From Zygnema circumcarinatum SAG 698-1b (lineage: Eukaryota; Plantae; Zygnematophyceae), in NCBI GenBank assembly GCA_037447605.1, contig CM074810.1:372001-436000 (forward strand): a DNA stretch of 64,000 bases, written 5' to 3'. The notes under the pieces are model-generated. The model saw only the letters and a list, made by a program, of their open reading frames with translations, searched no databases and was not told the origin of the DNA. A program made the translations under genes and the position numbers. The first letter of the stretch is position 1; each line of letters starts with the position of its first letter. Below are positions 1 to 12,532 of this stretch, piece by piece.

Positions 1-1309
1 CCCTCTCTCTCTCTCCCTCTCCTCCCCTCACACTGTCCCTCGCTCTCTATATCTCTCACTCTCCCTCTCCCCCTCACACCTTCTCACACTCTCCCTCCCT
101 CTCTCCCCCTCACCCCCCCCTCTCCACTCTCCCTCCCTCTCTCCCGCACACTCCCCACTCTCCTCTCTCCCCCCTCTCTCTCTCTCTCTCCCCCTCTCCC
201 TGACCCCCCCAGCGCCAGCTGCCCCTCTCTCCCCCCTCTCTCTCTCTCCCTCTCTCCCGCACACTTCTCCCTCTCCTCTCTCTCCCCCCTCTCTCTCTCT
301 CTCCCCCTCTCCCTGAACCCCCAAGCGCCAGCTGCCCCTCTCTCTCCCCCCCTCACCTTCTTGACCACATCCAGCACGTACGGCTGCAGGTCCTCCGTAC
401 GGTACGCCCCTACCCCGAGGTTCAGCTTCTGAGGGCTCGCGTCCGCACGGAATGCCTCCGTCACGCCCAGAATGGGGTCGGGCGGGGCCATGGCCACGTG
501 GCGGAACGCGGATTGGCCCGCCTCGGAAGCCATGGCTGCAAGCGCAGGCAGGCACACAAGCATACAGGCAGGCACGGGTCAAGGAAGGAGCGAGGAGAGG
601 AGACGCAGGGGATGAATGGCTTGGTCGGGAGAGCTCTGAATGAGAGAGAGAATGAATGAAAAAATTATCAGGAGTTTGAAATTTGGAGAGGAAGTTTGGA
701 GTTTCGAGAGGGCTTGTGAGCAGATGCGGAGTTGGGATTCGGTTCAGTGGGCGGAGAGGCGGGGAAGGCTTGGGAGGAGGTGTTTGAGTGAGGGAGATTC
801 AGGAAGGGGGGGAGGGAGGGGCATGCAGGGAGGAGGGCTGCTGGTTGCACTTGCAAAAGGGAGGTTTTCTTTATGTGGTTTGTACCTTCAATATAAAGGG
901 CAGGTCTTGAAACGAGGTCACACCTTGGATGATCAGAGAGAGAGAGTGAGAGTGAGATAGAGTATGTGTTAGAGAGAGAGAGGGAGAGAAAGAGGAAGAG
1001 AGAGAGAGAGCTGCCAACTTGGAGGGGGTTCGCCTTTTGGAGGGAGGAGCTCAGGAGGGCGCAGCAGTGTGGGTTTGCAAGAAACTCGGGCAGGGGCTGA
1101 AAATATATTTTTGGGCAGCCATATCACAAAACCTTCCCCTGCTATACCGTACTAAATTTCGGTATAAGGTACTGCCCGTGATGATAGGGTAGACAAAAAG
1201 TTTCTCTTATGTGGACATGTTAAAGTTTTGCGAAATATTTTCGCTTTTGGAACTCATCCAAAGGATTAGTGCTGAGTTTCTATTGGTTCTATTTTATTTG
1301 TTTCTGACC
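1..1309. repeat. Near-identical copy of ~2192-3500 (AspAT first visible exon plus upstream region), ending at a 10-N gap; probably an unmerged contig overlap
   Basis: Sequence repeats at offset 2191 (ORFs 640..960 and 2831..3151 are identical). The copy stops exactly at N 1310-1319 and differs only in CT-repeat units. Confidence 0.85.
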
Positions 1310-1319
1310 NNNNNNNNNN

Positions 1320-2724
1320 ATGAGAGATAGACTGCGGCCCCAGGGAGATAGCGAGCAATAAAAGCGGCTCCAAGACGGAGCGAGCCTGTACCAGATAAGC
1401 TCTGCAGCGTAGCAACCTGCGATGCAAAAAATATTTTTTTAAACATATTTGATATGCAGTCAAAAGCCAAAACAGGCCATCGTATAAGCTTTATTCTCAA
1501 CTGATTTTCCTTCTAAGCGACCCCCCTTCATTCGATCTGACTCCACAACATTAAGGCTGTCAAAGAAAAGAATGACAATATTGAGAAAATTTGGAAAAGA
1601 GGGGGTTCGTAGTGCACAAGAAACTGGATAATTTGAAAGGTGAATTTCTGCAATTTTAAAACTAAATATGCATTATGTATCTCGTACCCTGTTTTCAGCG
1701 ATCACCGAATTTTTCTCTCCGAGAAGTAATGCCGCGGTTGCCTTGTTGAAGGCGTCCAGGCCCTCAATGGGCAAATACTGCAAGGAAACCGAGAATGTGG
1801 AAGAGAGAGGGAGGGAGTGAGGGAGAGAGGGAGAGAGAGGGAGAGTAACATTGTTAGTTATGATGTATATGATCTTAAACCATGGAAAAAGCAATAAAAA
1901 AGAGCAAACCCGTACCTCCTTGTTTTCGTCCTTTTCCAGCATCAGTCTCTCCGCCTGCAACAATAACATCAGGAAAAAAGAAACCGTTAATTAAGAGCAT
2001 TGTAGTTGGAAGGTTCCTTCATTAAGTGATTTTGCTAATAGCAATGCATGAATGTTTTAGTTTATTCAATTCTAAAAACCTGCACGCTTACTATTTCCGT
2101 GTTTTCCCAACAGATGTCTCTGTCATTCTCTGTCTCCCTCTTTCACTCCCCCTCTCTCCCCCACTGCCCTCACACTCTCTCATACTTTCTCCCACTCTCC
2201 CTCTCTCTCTCTCCCTCTCCTCCCCTCACACTGTCCCTCGCTCTCTATATCTCTCACTCTCCCTCTCCCCCTCACACCTTCTCACACTCTCCCTCCCTCT
2301 CTCCCCCTCACCCCCCCCTCTCCACTCTCCCTCCCTCTCTCCCGCACACTCCCCACTCTCCTCTCTCCCCCCTCTCTCTCTCTCTCTCCCCCTCTCCCTG
2401 ACCCCCCCAGCGCCAGCTGCCCCTCTCTCCCCCCTCTCTCTCTCTCCCTCTCTCCTTCTCCCTCTCCTCTCTCTCCCCCCTCTCTCTCTCTCTCCCCCTC
2501 TCCCTGAACCCCCAAGCGCCAGCTGCCCCTCTCTCTCCCCCCCTCACCTTCTTGACCACATCCAGCACGTACGGCTGCAGGTCCTCCGTACGGTACGCCC
2601 CTACCCCGAGGTTCAGCTTCTGAGGGCTCGCGTCCGCACGGAATGCCTCCGTCACGCCCAGAATGGGGTCGGGCGGGGCCATGGCCACGTGGCGGAACGC
2701 GGATTGGCCCGCCTCGGAAGCCAT
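1320..2724 (-). CDS. ASP5: Aspartate aminotransferase, plastid (ASP5-like) type, 5' part; exons 2724-2548, 1954-1916, 1777-1688, 1416-1320 (runs into gap); a transit-peptide exon may lie further upstream
   Basis: Spliced translation [78 protein letters not shown].../[19 protein letters not shown]; GT-AG junctions are in phase. Confidence 0.9.
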
Positions 2725-3687
2725 GGCTGCAAGCGCAGGCAGGCACACAAGCATACAGGCAGGCACGGGTCAAGGAAGGAGCGAGGAGAGGAGACGCAGG
2801 GGATGAATGGCTTGGTCGGGAGAGCTCTGAATGAGAGAGAGAATGAATGAAAAAATTATCAGGAGTTTGAAATTTGGAGAGGAAGTTTGGAGTTTCGAGA
2901 GGGCTTGTGAGCAGATGCGGAGTTGGGATTCGGTTCAGTGGGCGGAGAGGCGGGGAAGGCTTGGGAGGAGGTGTTTGAGTGAGGGAGATTCAGGAAGGGG
3001 GGGAGGGAGGGGCATGCAGGGAGGAGGGCTGCTGGTTGCACTTGCAAAAGGGAGGTTTTCTTTATGTGGTTTGTACCTTCAATATAAAGGGCAGGTCTTG
3101 AAACGAGGTCACACCTTGGATGATCAGAGAGAGAGAGTGAGAGTGAGATAGAGTATGTGTTAGAGAGAGAGAGGGAGAGAAAGAGGAAGAGAGAGAGAGA
3201 GCTGCCAACTTGGAGGGGGTTCGCCTTTTGGAGGGAGGAGCTCAGGAGGGCGCAGCAGTGTGGGTTTGCAAGAAACTCGGGCAGGGGCTGAAAATATATT
3301 TTTGGGCAGCCATATCACAAAACCTTCCCCTGCTATACCGTACTAAATTTCGGTATAAGGTACTGCCCGTGATGATAGGGTAGACAAAAAGTTTCTCTTA
3401 TGTGGACATGTTAAAGTTTTGCGAAATATTTTCGCTTTTGGAACTCATCCAAAGGATTAGTGCTGAGTTTCTATTGGTTCTATTTTATTTGTTTCTGACC
3501 GTTAAATGGAAAGATTTTTTTTTTTCTGAAAGTAGAGTAGCTGTCACCACTTTTTTCTCTTCTCAAAAAAAGTGAAAGTTTCCAAAACGTTTCCAGGAAC
3601 CAAAAAATTCTCCTAAGGGCAAAACGAACAAACAATGTTTTGTCCACGTCCCATTCCAAGCTTGAGGCCTGCGCCACGTCAGATTGC

Positions 3688-3875
3688 TGACATGGCAGTG
3701 AATCTTCGGACCACTCCGACATGTGTCACGCTCACGGCGCACTCTGATGGGAATTATTAGAGGCCACGTCAGCTCTAAGCCATGTCATCCTGTTGACATG
3801 GCAGCGGATCTCTGGACCACTTTAACACGTGTCAAGCTCACGGCGCACCCTGATGAGAATTTAGGTGCCACGTCA
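3688..3875. promoter_or_regulatory. Two ~105-bp-period imperfect direct repeats with ACGT-core (GCCACGTCA, CACGTG) motifs in the divergent ASP5/RH41 intergenic region
   Basis: GACATGGCAG...CTCACGGCGCAC.CTGATG.GAATT...GCCACGTCA occurs at ~3688 and ~3795. Confidence 0.5.
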
Positions 3876-4259
3876 TTTCCGATCGAGCCGCTTGGGGACC
3901 AGTAGTGCTCACACGTGTGCCGACAGCTTTCCTTCAATGGCGTGCGTCTAACCACCACCCCATTGGCTGGCCACATTTAACCAATTTCCGGACCCGAGTC
4001 GCATGGAAACAGTTCGGAGTGTCGTGAATCTCTGTGCCATGGAACGGGAAAATTTGCGTTTTTAATCAAAATAAATTACTAACTAAGATACTAACTAAGG
4101 TTACGTAAGTCATGACTAGCCACAATTTGACTAGTTTCTGAAGATTTATTTGGTTGACGTTTTGGCTGACTGTTTTGGCTCTCTACCAGCATAGCAGCCA
4201 TGGCGCTGCCCCTGCTCCTGTGATCCATGTCCTCCTTATTCTTTCCCTTTTAGAGAGCA

Positions 4260-7200
4260 TGTTCATCCCTCGCTCTCTCACCAAGTATTCCTCTCCCTCT
4301 CCCTCTCCCTCTCCCTCTCCCGCTCCCGCTCCCGCTCTCGCTCGCCCTGCCAGACCTTCCTTCCTCCCTCCTTCCTTCAATAGACCCTCTCCCAACACCC
4401 TTCAGATTCCATCCAAAGCTGCACAGCCACCTTCACTCTGCCCCAAAAATCCTGTTGAAGCTCAAGAGAGTCAGCCAGCATGCCTATCTCAACCATCTCC
4501 TCAGAAAAAAACCGAAGGAAATGAGAATGAAACAAAGGAAAACTGCGAAGATGAAGATGTCGTTTCAAAATTCTCAGAGGAGGTTCAGGAGGATGAAAGC
4601 GCTGCTGCTATTGTAGCAAGATCTTATCAGCAGCGTCCAGCAAAGGAAGGGGAGCCTTCATGCGTTATATGCGGACGATATGGAGAATACATTTGCGACA
4701 TAACCGATGATGATGTCTGCAGTTTGGAATGCAAAGCAGTCGTTTTGGAACGCAAGAAGGTTTCAGCGACGGAAATAACGGAAGCGGTGAAGGCATTTGG
4801 AGGGACCCAGTTTTCAGTCATCGGAGGCCGAGGAGAAGAAGACGATGAAGGTGTTATATCAACAAATGATGATGATGATTGGAAGCCGCCTGCTTCCATT
4901 CAAGATTTGACTGAACTTCAAGTCCAAAGTCTGCGACGAGAAATGGAAATTAGGGTTCAGGGAGAGGATGTTCCAAGGCCAATTTTGGAATTTTCACATT
5001 GTGGGTTTCCGATGAAGCTGCAAGCGAATTTGGAGCGAGCGAAATATGAAATTCCTACACCGATTCAGGTTCTTTTTTCTTGCTTTTTAAATTGGCCCCT
5101 TACCTCGCGAATTTGCAGTTTGGACATTCCAGTGATACAAATCAACGGTTTCATTCAGTTGAATGTTTCTTTCTCTTTCTCCCTCTCTCTCTATGTATGT
5201 CTAGAGAGAGAGCGAGAGAATTATCTAGACTGACAAGTCTTATATGCATACCCTTACATTCAGGGAATACAGAATATGTCAGCAGACAAGTGAATCCTTA
5301 AGCGATTCCCAAACAAATCCTAACAAATTGGACCCCTAAAAATCCGAAAGTCATACTCTCACACGCTCGTACTATTCTCACCTCTCTCCCTTTCCTCCCT
5401 CTCTCACATTAATAACCATATTTTACCCTTCTTCTAAATGCATGCAGATGCAAGCTCTCCCATCCGCCCTGCAGGGCCGCCACGTTATGGCTTCCGCACA
5501 TACAGGCTCTGGAAAAACAGCCGCTTTTCTCCTCCCAATAATTTCCAAAATTTCTCGCTCCCAGCAGAGGGAGTCTCTCTCACAGCCCTTAGCCCTAATT
5601 CTGGCCCCCACTAGGGAGCTCTGCATACAGATTGAGTCACAGGCAAAGGAGCTTTCTGAGGGTCTCCCTTTGAAAACAGCTCTCATAGTTGGAGGGGCTC
5701 CTCTCCCACAGCAGCTTTACCGTCTTGAGAGAGGTTGCCAGTTGGTAGTAGCAACTCCCGGACGGCTTCTAGACGTGCTCCTTCACAGTGAGGGAGAGAA
5801 GATGGAGAGAGTAGGAGTGCTAGTGCTGGATGAGGTTGATACCATGTTGGAGGTAGGAGGGCCTCTCCCTCTTTTCGGTTCTAATTTTTACTTTTTGGCT
5901 CCACCTTATGTTATATTTGCGGATGTCTCTCTCACGCTTCTTTGTTTTGTGCTCCTTTCTCTCTCCCTCTCTCCCTCTCCGTCTTCCACTCCCTCTCTCT
6001 CCCTCTCTTTCTCCCTCTCTCTCTCCCTCTCTCCCTCTCCCTCTCCCTCTCCCCTTCATTCTCCTGTCCCTCCCTCTCTCCCTCTCTCTCTCTCTCTTTC
6101 TCTCCCTCTCTCTCTCTCTCTCCCTCTCTTTCTCCCTCTCTCTCTCCCTCTCCCTCCCTCCCTCCCTCTCCCTCTCCCTCTCCCTTTCCCTCTCCCTCCC
6201 CCAACTCCATCAACCATTAACAGATTCATTAGATGTCTCCTCTGCTACCAGCTGCACTTCTGTTCTGTACTGAGCCCTTGGGGGGGTAGTGCAGATGGGG
6301 TTCAGAGAGCAGGTCCTGCAGCTTGTGAGTGCTCTCCCACAGCCCCAGCTTCTCCTCTCTCAGCCACAATCCCTCCCTCCATTGAAAAATTTGCTTCCAC
6401 TCTCCTTCAAAGACCAATTTACATCGCAGTCGGACGTTCTGGAGTTCCATCCAAAGCCATAAAGCAGGTACAGTTTAGGGTTCTCTCTGCCTCTCCCTCT
6501 GTCTCCCTGTCTCTCTCTTTCTCTTTCTCTTTGTCTCCCTCACTCTCTCTCGCCCTCTCTCTCTCTCTCTTTCTCTTTGTCTCCCTCACTCTCTCTCGCC
6601 CTCTCTCTCTTTCTCTCCCTCCTCTCCCTCTCCCTCTCCTCTCCCGCTCCCGCTCCCGCTCTCGCTCGCCCTGCCAGACCTTCCTTCCTCCCTCCTTCCT
6701 TCAATAGACCCTCTCCCAACACCCTTCAGATTCCATCCAAAGCTGCACAGCCACCTTCACTCTGCCCCAAAAATCCTGTTGAAGCTCAAGAGAGTCAGCC
6801 AGCATGCCTATCTCAACCATCTCCTCAGAAAAAAACCGAAGGAAATGAGAATGAAACAAAGGAAAACTGCGAAGATGAAGATGTCGTTTCAAAATTCTCA
6901 GAGGAGGTTCAGGAGGATGAAAGCGCTGCTGCTATTGTAGCAAGATCTTATCAGCAGCGTCCAGCAAAGGAAGGGGAGCCTTCATGCGTTATATGCGGAC
7001 GATATGGAGAATACATTTGCGACATAACCGATGATGATGTCTGCAGTTTGGAATGCAAAGCAGTCGTTTTGGAACGCAAGAAGGTTTCAGCGACGGAAAT
7101 AACGGAAGCGGTGAAGGCATTTGGAGGGACCCAGTTTTCAGTCATCGGAGGCCGAGGAGAAGAAGACGATGAAGGTGTTATATCAACAAATGATGATGAT

Positions 7201-10200
7201 GATTGGAAGCCGCCTGCTTCCATTCAAGATTTGACTGAACTTCAAGTCCAAAGTCTGCGACGAGAAATGGAAATTAGGGTTCAGGGAGAGGATGTTCCAA
7301 GGCCAATTTTGGAATTTTCACATTGTGGGTTTCCGATGAAGCTGCAAGCGAATTTGGAGCGAGCGAAATATGAAATTCCTACACCGATTCAGGTTCTTTT
7401 TTCTTGCTTTTTAAATTGGCCCCTTACCTCGCGAATTTGCAGTTTGGACATTCCAGTGATACAAATCAACGGTTTCATTCAGTTGAATGTTTCTTTCTCT
7501 TTCTCCCTCTCTCTCTATGTATGTCTAGAGAGAGAGCGAGAGAATTATCTAGACTGACAAGTCTTATATGCATACCCTTACATTCAGGGAATACAGAATA
7601 TGTCAGCAGACAAGTGAATCCTTAAGCGATTCCCAAACAAATCCTAACAAATTGGACCCCTAAAAATCCGAAAGTCATACTCTCACACGCTCGTACTATT
7701 CTCACCTCTCTCCCTTTCCTCCCTCTCTCACATTAATAACCATATTTTACCCTTCTTCTAAATGCATGCAGATGCAAGCTCTCCCATCCGCCCTGCAGGG
7801 CCGCCACGTTATGGCTTCCGCACATACAGGCTCTGGAAAAACAGCCGCTTTTCTCCTCCCAATAATTTCCAAAATTTCTCGCTCCCAGCAGAGGGAGTCT
7901 CTCTCACAGCCCTTAGCCCTAATTCTGGCCCCCACTAGGGAGCTCTGCATACAGATTGAGTCACAGGCAAAGGAGCTTTCTGAGGGTCTCCCTTTGAAAA
8001 CAGCTCTCATAGTTGGAGGGGCTCCTCTCCCACAGCAGCTTTACCGTCTTGAGAGAGGTTGCCAGTTGGTAGTAGCAACTCCCGGACGGCTTCTAGACGT
8101 GCTCCTTCACAGTGAGGGAGAGAAGATGGAGAGAGTAGGAGTGCTAGTGCTGGATGAGGTTGATACCATGTTGGAGGTAGGAGGGCCTCTCCCTCTTTTC
8201 GGTTCTAATTTTTACTTTTTGGCTCCACCTTATGTTATATTTGCGGATGTCTCTCTCACGCTTCTTTGTTTTGTGTCTCTTTCTCTCCCTCTCTCTCTTT
8301 ACCAGTCCCCATTCCCAAGACACATAGCTTCGTCTCTACCTCTCGCCTCTCTCCCTCTCCCTTCCCTCCTCCTTCTGCTCCTGCCTCCCGCTCTCGCTCG
8401 CCCTGCCAGACCTTCCTTCCTCCCTCCTTCCTTCAATAGACCCTCTCCCAACACCCTTCAGATTCCATCCAAAGCTGCACAGCCACCTTCACTCTGCCCC
8501 AAAAATCCTGTTGAAGCTCAAGAGAGTCAGCCAGCATGCCTATCTCAACCATCTCCTCAGAAAAAAACCGAAGGAAATGAGAATGAAACAAAGGAAAACT
8601 GCGAAGATGAAGATGTCGTTTCAAAATTCTCAGAGGAGGTTCAGGAGGATGAAAGCGCTGCTGCTATTGTAGCAAGATCTTATCAGCAGCGTCCAGCAAA
8701 GGAAGGGGAGCCTTCATGCGTTATATGCGGACGATATGGAGAATACATTTGCGACATAACCGATGATGATGTCTGCAGTTTGGAATGCAAAGCAGTCGTT
8801 TTGGAACGCAAGAAGGTTTCAGCGACGGAAATAACGGAAGCGGTGAAGGCATTTGGAGGGACCCAGTTTTCAGTCATCGGAGGCCGAGGAGAAGAAGACG
8901 ATGAAGGTGTTATATCAACAAATGATGATGATGATTGGAAGCCGCCTGCTTCCATTCAAGATTTGACTGAACTTCAAGTCCAAAGTCTGCGACGAGAAAT
9001 GGAAATTAGGGTTCAGGGAGAGGATGTTCCAAGGCCAATTTTGGAATTTTCACATTGTGGGTTTCCGATGAAGCTGCAAGCGAATTTGGAGCGAGCGAAA
9101 TATGAAATTCCTACACCGATTCAGGTTCTTTTTTCTTGCTTTTAAATTGGCCCCTTACCTCGCGAATTTGCAGTTTGGACATTCCAGTGATACAAATCAA
9201 CGGTTTCATTCAGTTGAATGTTTCTTTCTCTTTCTCCCTCTCTCTCTCTATGTATGTCTAGAGAGAGAGCGAGAGAATTATCTAGACTGACAAGTCTTAT
9301 ATGCATACCCTTACATTCAGGGAATACAGAATATGTCAGCAGACAAGTGAATCCTTAAGCGATTCCCAAACAAATCCTAACAAATTGGACCCCTAAAAAT
9401 CCGAAAGTCATACTCTCACACGCTCGTACTATTCTCACCTCTCTCCCTTTCCTCCCTCTCTCACATTAATAACCATATTTTACCCTTCTTCTAAATGCAT
9501 GCAGATGCAAGCTCTCCCATCCGCCCTGCAGGGCCGCCACGTTATGGCTTCCGCACATACAGGCTCTGGAAAAACAGCCGCTTTTCTCCTCCCAATAATT
9601 TCCAAAATTTCTCGCTCCCAGCAGAGGGAGTCTCTCTCACAGCCCTTAGCCCTAATTCTGGCCCCCACTAGGGAGCTCTGCATACAGATTGAGTCACAGG
9701 CAAAGGAGCTTTCTGAGGGTCTCCCTTTGAAAACAGCTCTCATAGTTGGAGGGGCTCCTCTCCCACAGCAGCTTTACCGTCTTGAGAGAGGTTGCCAGTT
9801 GGTAGTAGCAACTCCCGGACGGCTTCTAGACGTGCTCCTTCACAGTGAGGGAGAGAAGATGGAGAGAGTAGGAGTGCTAGTGCTGGATGAGGTTGATACC
9901 ATGTTGGAGGTAGGAGGGCCTCTCCCTCTTTTCGGTTCTAATTTTTACTTTTTGGCTCCACCTTATGTTATATTTGCGGATGTCTCTCTCACGCTTCTTT
10001 GTTTTGTGTCTCTTTCTCTCCCTCTCTCTCTTTACCAGTCCCCATTCCCCGTTTCTGCTTCGTCTACCTCTCGCCTCTCTCTCCCTCTCCCCTTCATTCT
10101 CCTGTCCTCCCTCCCGTGTTCTTCCTTTCTCTTTCACCTCCGTCTTCCTCTCACCATCCAACTTTCCCCGTTTCTCTTCCTCTCTCCCTCTCCGTCTTCC

Positions 10201-11452
10201 ACTCCCTCTCTCTCTCCCTCTCCCTTTCCCTCTCCCTCCCCCAACTCCATCAACCATTAACAGATTCATTAGATGTCTCCTCTGCTACCAGCTGCACTTC
10301 TGTTCTGTACTGAGCCCTTGGGGGGGTAGTGCAGATGGGGTTCAGAGAGCAGGTCCTGCAGCTTGTGAGTGCTCTCCCACAGCCCCAGCTTCTCCTCTTC
10401 TCAGCCACAATCCCTCCCTCCATTGAAAAATTTGCTTCCACTCTCCTTCAAAGACCAATTTACATCGCAGTCGGACGTTCTGGAGTTCCATCCAAAGCCA
10501 TAAAGCAGGTACAGTTTAGGGTTCTCTCTGCCTCTCCCTCTGTCTCCCTGTCTCTCTCTTTCTCTTTCTCTTTGTCTCCCTCACTCTCTCTCGCCCTCTC
10601 TCTCTCTCTCTTTCTCTTTGTCTCCCTCACTCTCTCTCGCCCTCTCTCTCTTTCTCTTTCTCTCCCTCTCCTCTCTCCCCTCTCCCTCTTTCTCTCTCCC
10701 TCTCTCTCTCCCTCTCTTTCTCCCTCTCTCTCTTTCTCTCTCCCTCTCCTCACTCTCCTGTCCCTCCCTCTCTCTCCCTCTCTCACGTTCTCTCTCCTCT
10801 CCCTATCTCTTTCTTTGAACATTATTTCATCAACCTTCGGATTTGTACTGTTTATCTCTCTACCTCTGCGACATTCTATATGCTTCTCATCAATGGCCTG
10901 TAACTTTTTTGTCTTTTCGGTTTTCCCTTGCAGACCGTGATGTGGGTAGAGAATCGACAAAAGAAACAAAAACTTTTCGAAATTCTTCTCTCTCCTCGCC
11001 ACTTCCAACCGCCGGCTTTAGTTATAGTCGGCTCAAAGCTGGGAGCTGACCTTCTAGCAGAGGCCGTCACCCATGTCACGGGCTTGAAAGCTGCATCCAT
11101 TCATGGAGACAAATCCCTATCCGAGAGAAGAGCCACTTTGCAAACCTTCATAAAGGGAGAAATCCCCTTAATCGTAGCGACCGGAATTTTAGGTCGGGGA
11201 CTCGACTTTGTACATGTAAAGCAGGTCATTCTGTTTGATATTCCGCTTAGTGTGGCAGAATATGTGCATCAGATAGGGAGAGCAGGGAGGCTTGGGAGGG
11301 AGGGTATAGCCATGGTGTTTGTGAATGAAGGAGATAGGCGGCTATTTGGAGAGCTTGTTCCTCTCCTTAAGGAGGGAGGGAGTGTGATTCCAAAAGAGGT
11401 CCTGAATGCCATGAAGCTGCCGGATAGAGGACGGAAGAGGAAGCTTCCTTGA
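4260..11452 (+). CDS. RH41: DEAD-box RNA helicase 41 / DDX59 orthologue with zf-HIT domain; 4 exons (4260-5068, 5448-5852, exon 3 intact at 10335-10508, 10934-11452); assembled as three partial tandem copies
   Basis: N-terminus MFIPRSL; GEPSCVICGRYGEYICDITDDDVCSLECK; motif I AHTGSGKT, PTREL, LDEVD, SAT, HGDK, GRGLDF, YVHQIGRAGRLG. Confidence 0.92.
6625..10520 (+). repeat. Internal tandem re-iterations of RH41: copy B ~6625-8385 (partial exon 1, exon 2) and copy C from ~8385 (partial exon 1, exons 2-3)
   Basis: Exon and intron text repeats at offsets 2324 and ~4057 relative to copy A; both junctions fall inside CT-rich microsatellite. Confidence 0.85.
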
Positions 11453-12532
11453 AGGTTCCTTTGACAGGGGGGGGCTCTGCAAGCAGAAGCTGCTGGGAAG
11501 GTTCCCGCGATGAGCGTCCTTGCTTCGGGAAGAGAAAGCTTCCTCGAAGGTTCCTAAACTCTACAAATTCTGAGATGAGCAGAGAGGCGACTGCAATTGG
11601 AGACGAAGAGAAGGTAACGAAGGGAGAGGAGGTTTCGTAATGGCTGCGTTGGCTTGTGTGAGAGGCTTTACTTTTCATGCCATTGCTCGACTTTGTTTGA
11701 CTTTAGTTGACTCTGGCTGACTTTGTTTGGCTTTAGTTGACTTTGTTTGATGTGTTCTTGTGTTTTGCAGATCACGAATCGTCTGCAGATGACGGTGGTG
11801 ACCCAACCGTTCTATATTCAAACAGATGGGAATTGAATCTGTTGAATGAAAGATTAACTTTTATTGCATTGAATTGAAAACCCTTGAACCCTTTTATAAG
11901 AAACCCCTTACTGGACATCAGGGACTTTTACCACTATTTCGGACCAAAAGGATGTGATGTCATATGGACAGATTTTGGCTTTCGAAGGTTTTGGAGTTGG
12001 ACTGAATGGTGAACTGCAACCGAAACTGAAAGCAAAACTGAGAGCTGTGGTTGAACTGAAACTGTAAAACTGGTATACAATTTGGCTGCAGCAGTTTAAC
12101 ATAGAAACGATATTTATTCAAGCCTGGTTCCAATATATAAAAAACATTCCAAGGAGGGGACCTGAACTCCCTCGAAATTTTCAGTAAAACCCGCTAAAAG
12201 GTAGGGTTCAGGGTTCTTCCATCTTTGTCTTTTATCCAAAAGTCCAAACCTCTCCATCTTTATCGCTTAAATTCAAAAACCATTTAGGCCAAAGCTTCTT
12301 CATTACTGATATCTGCCTTGTAATAAGAAACCCAAACCTTAAAACCTAAAACCCTTACAGGTGGTAGTAAACTTTATTTATATTCTGCTTGGCTTCCTGC
12401 AAAAGTATTTGGACTTCCCGGAACATACGAGAGGATCCGAGTCCCTTATATACACTCAGAAGTTTACTTCCAAAAAAAAAGAAAAAGAAGTTTCCATATT
12501 TTTGATCTGAAACAGAAATTGAAATTTACTCC

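Noticed and set aside
2686-2710. CCAAT-N10-CCACG variant inside the AspAT exon
   Set aside because: The spacing differs from the six N9 elements and the sequence is constrained by coding (QSAFRHV).
7766-9145. Novel helicase-zf-HIT fusion protein (459-aa ORF)
   Set aside because: It reads through intron 2 and across the copy B/C junction, which is most likely an assembly misjoin.
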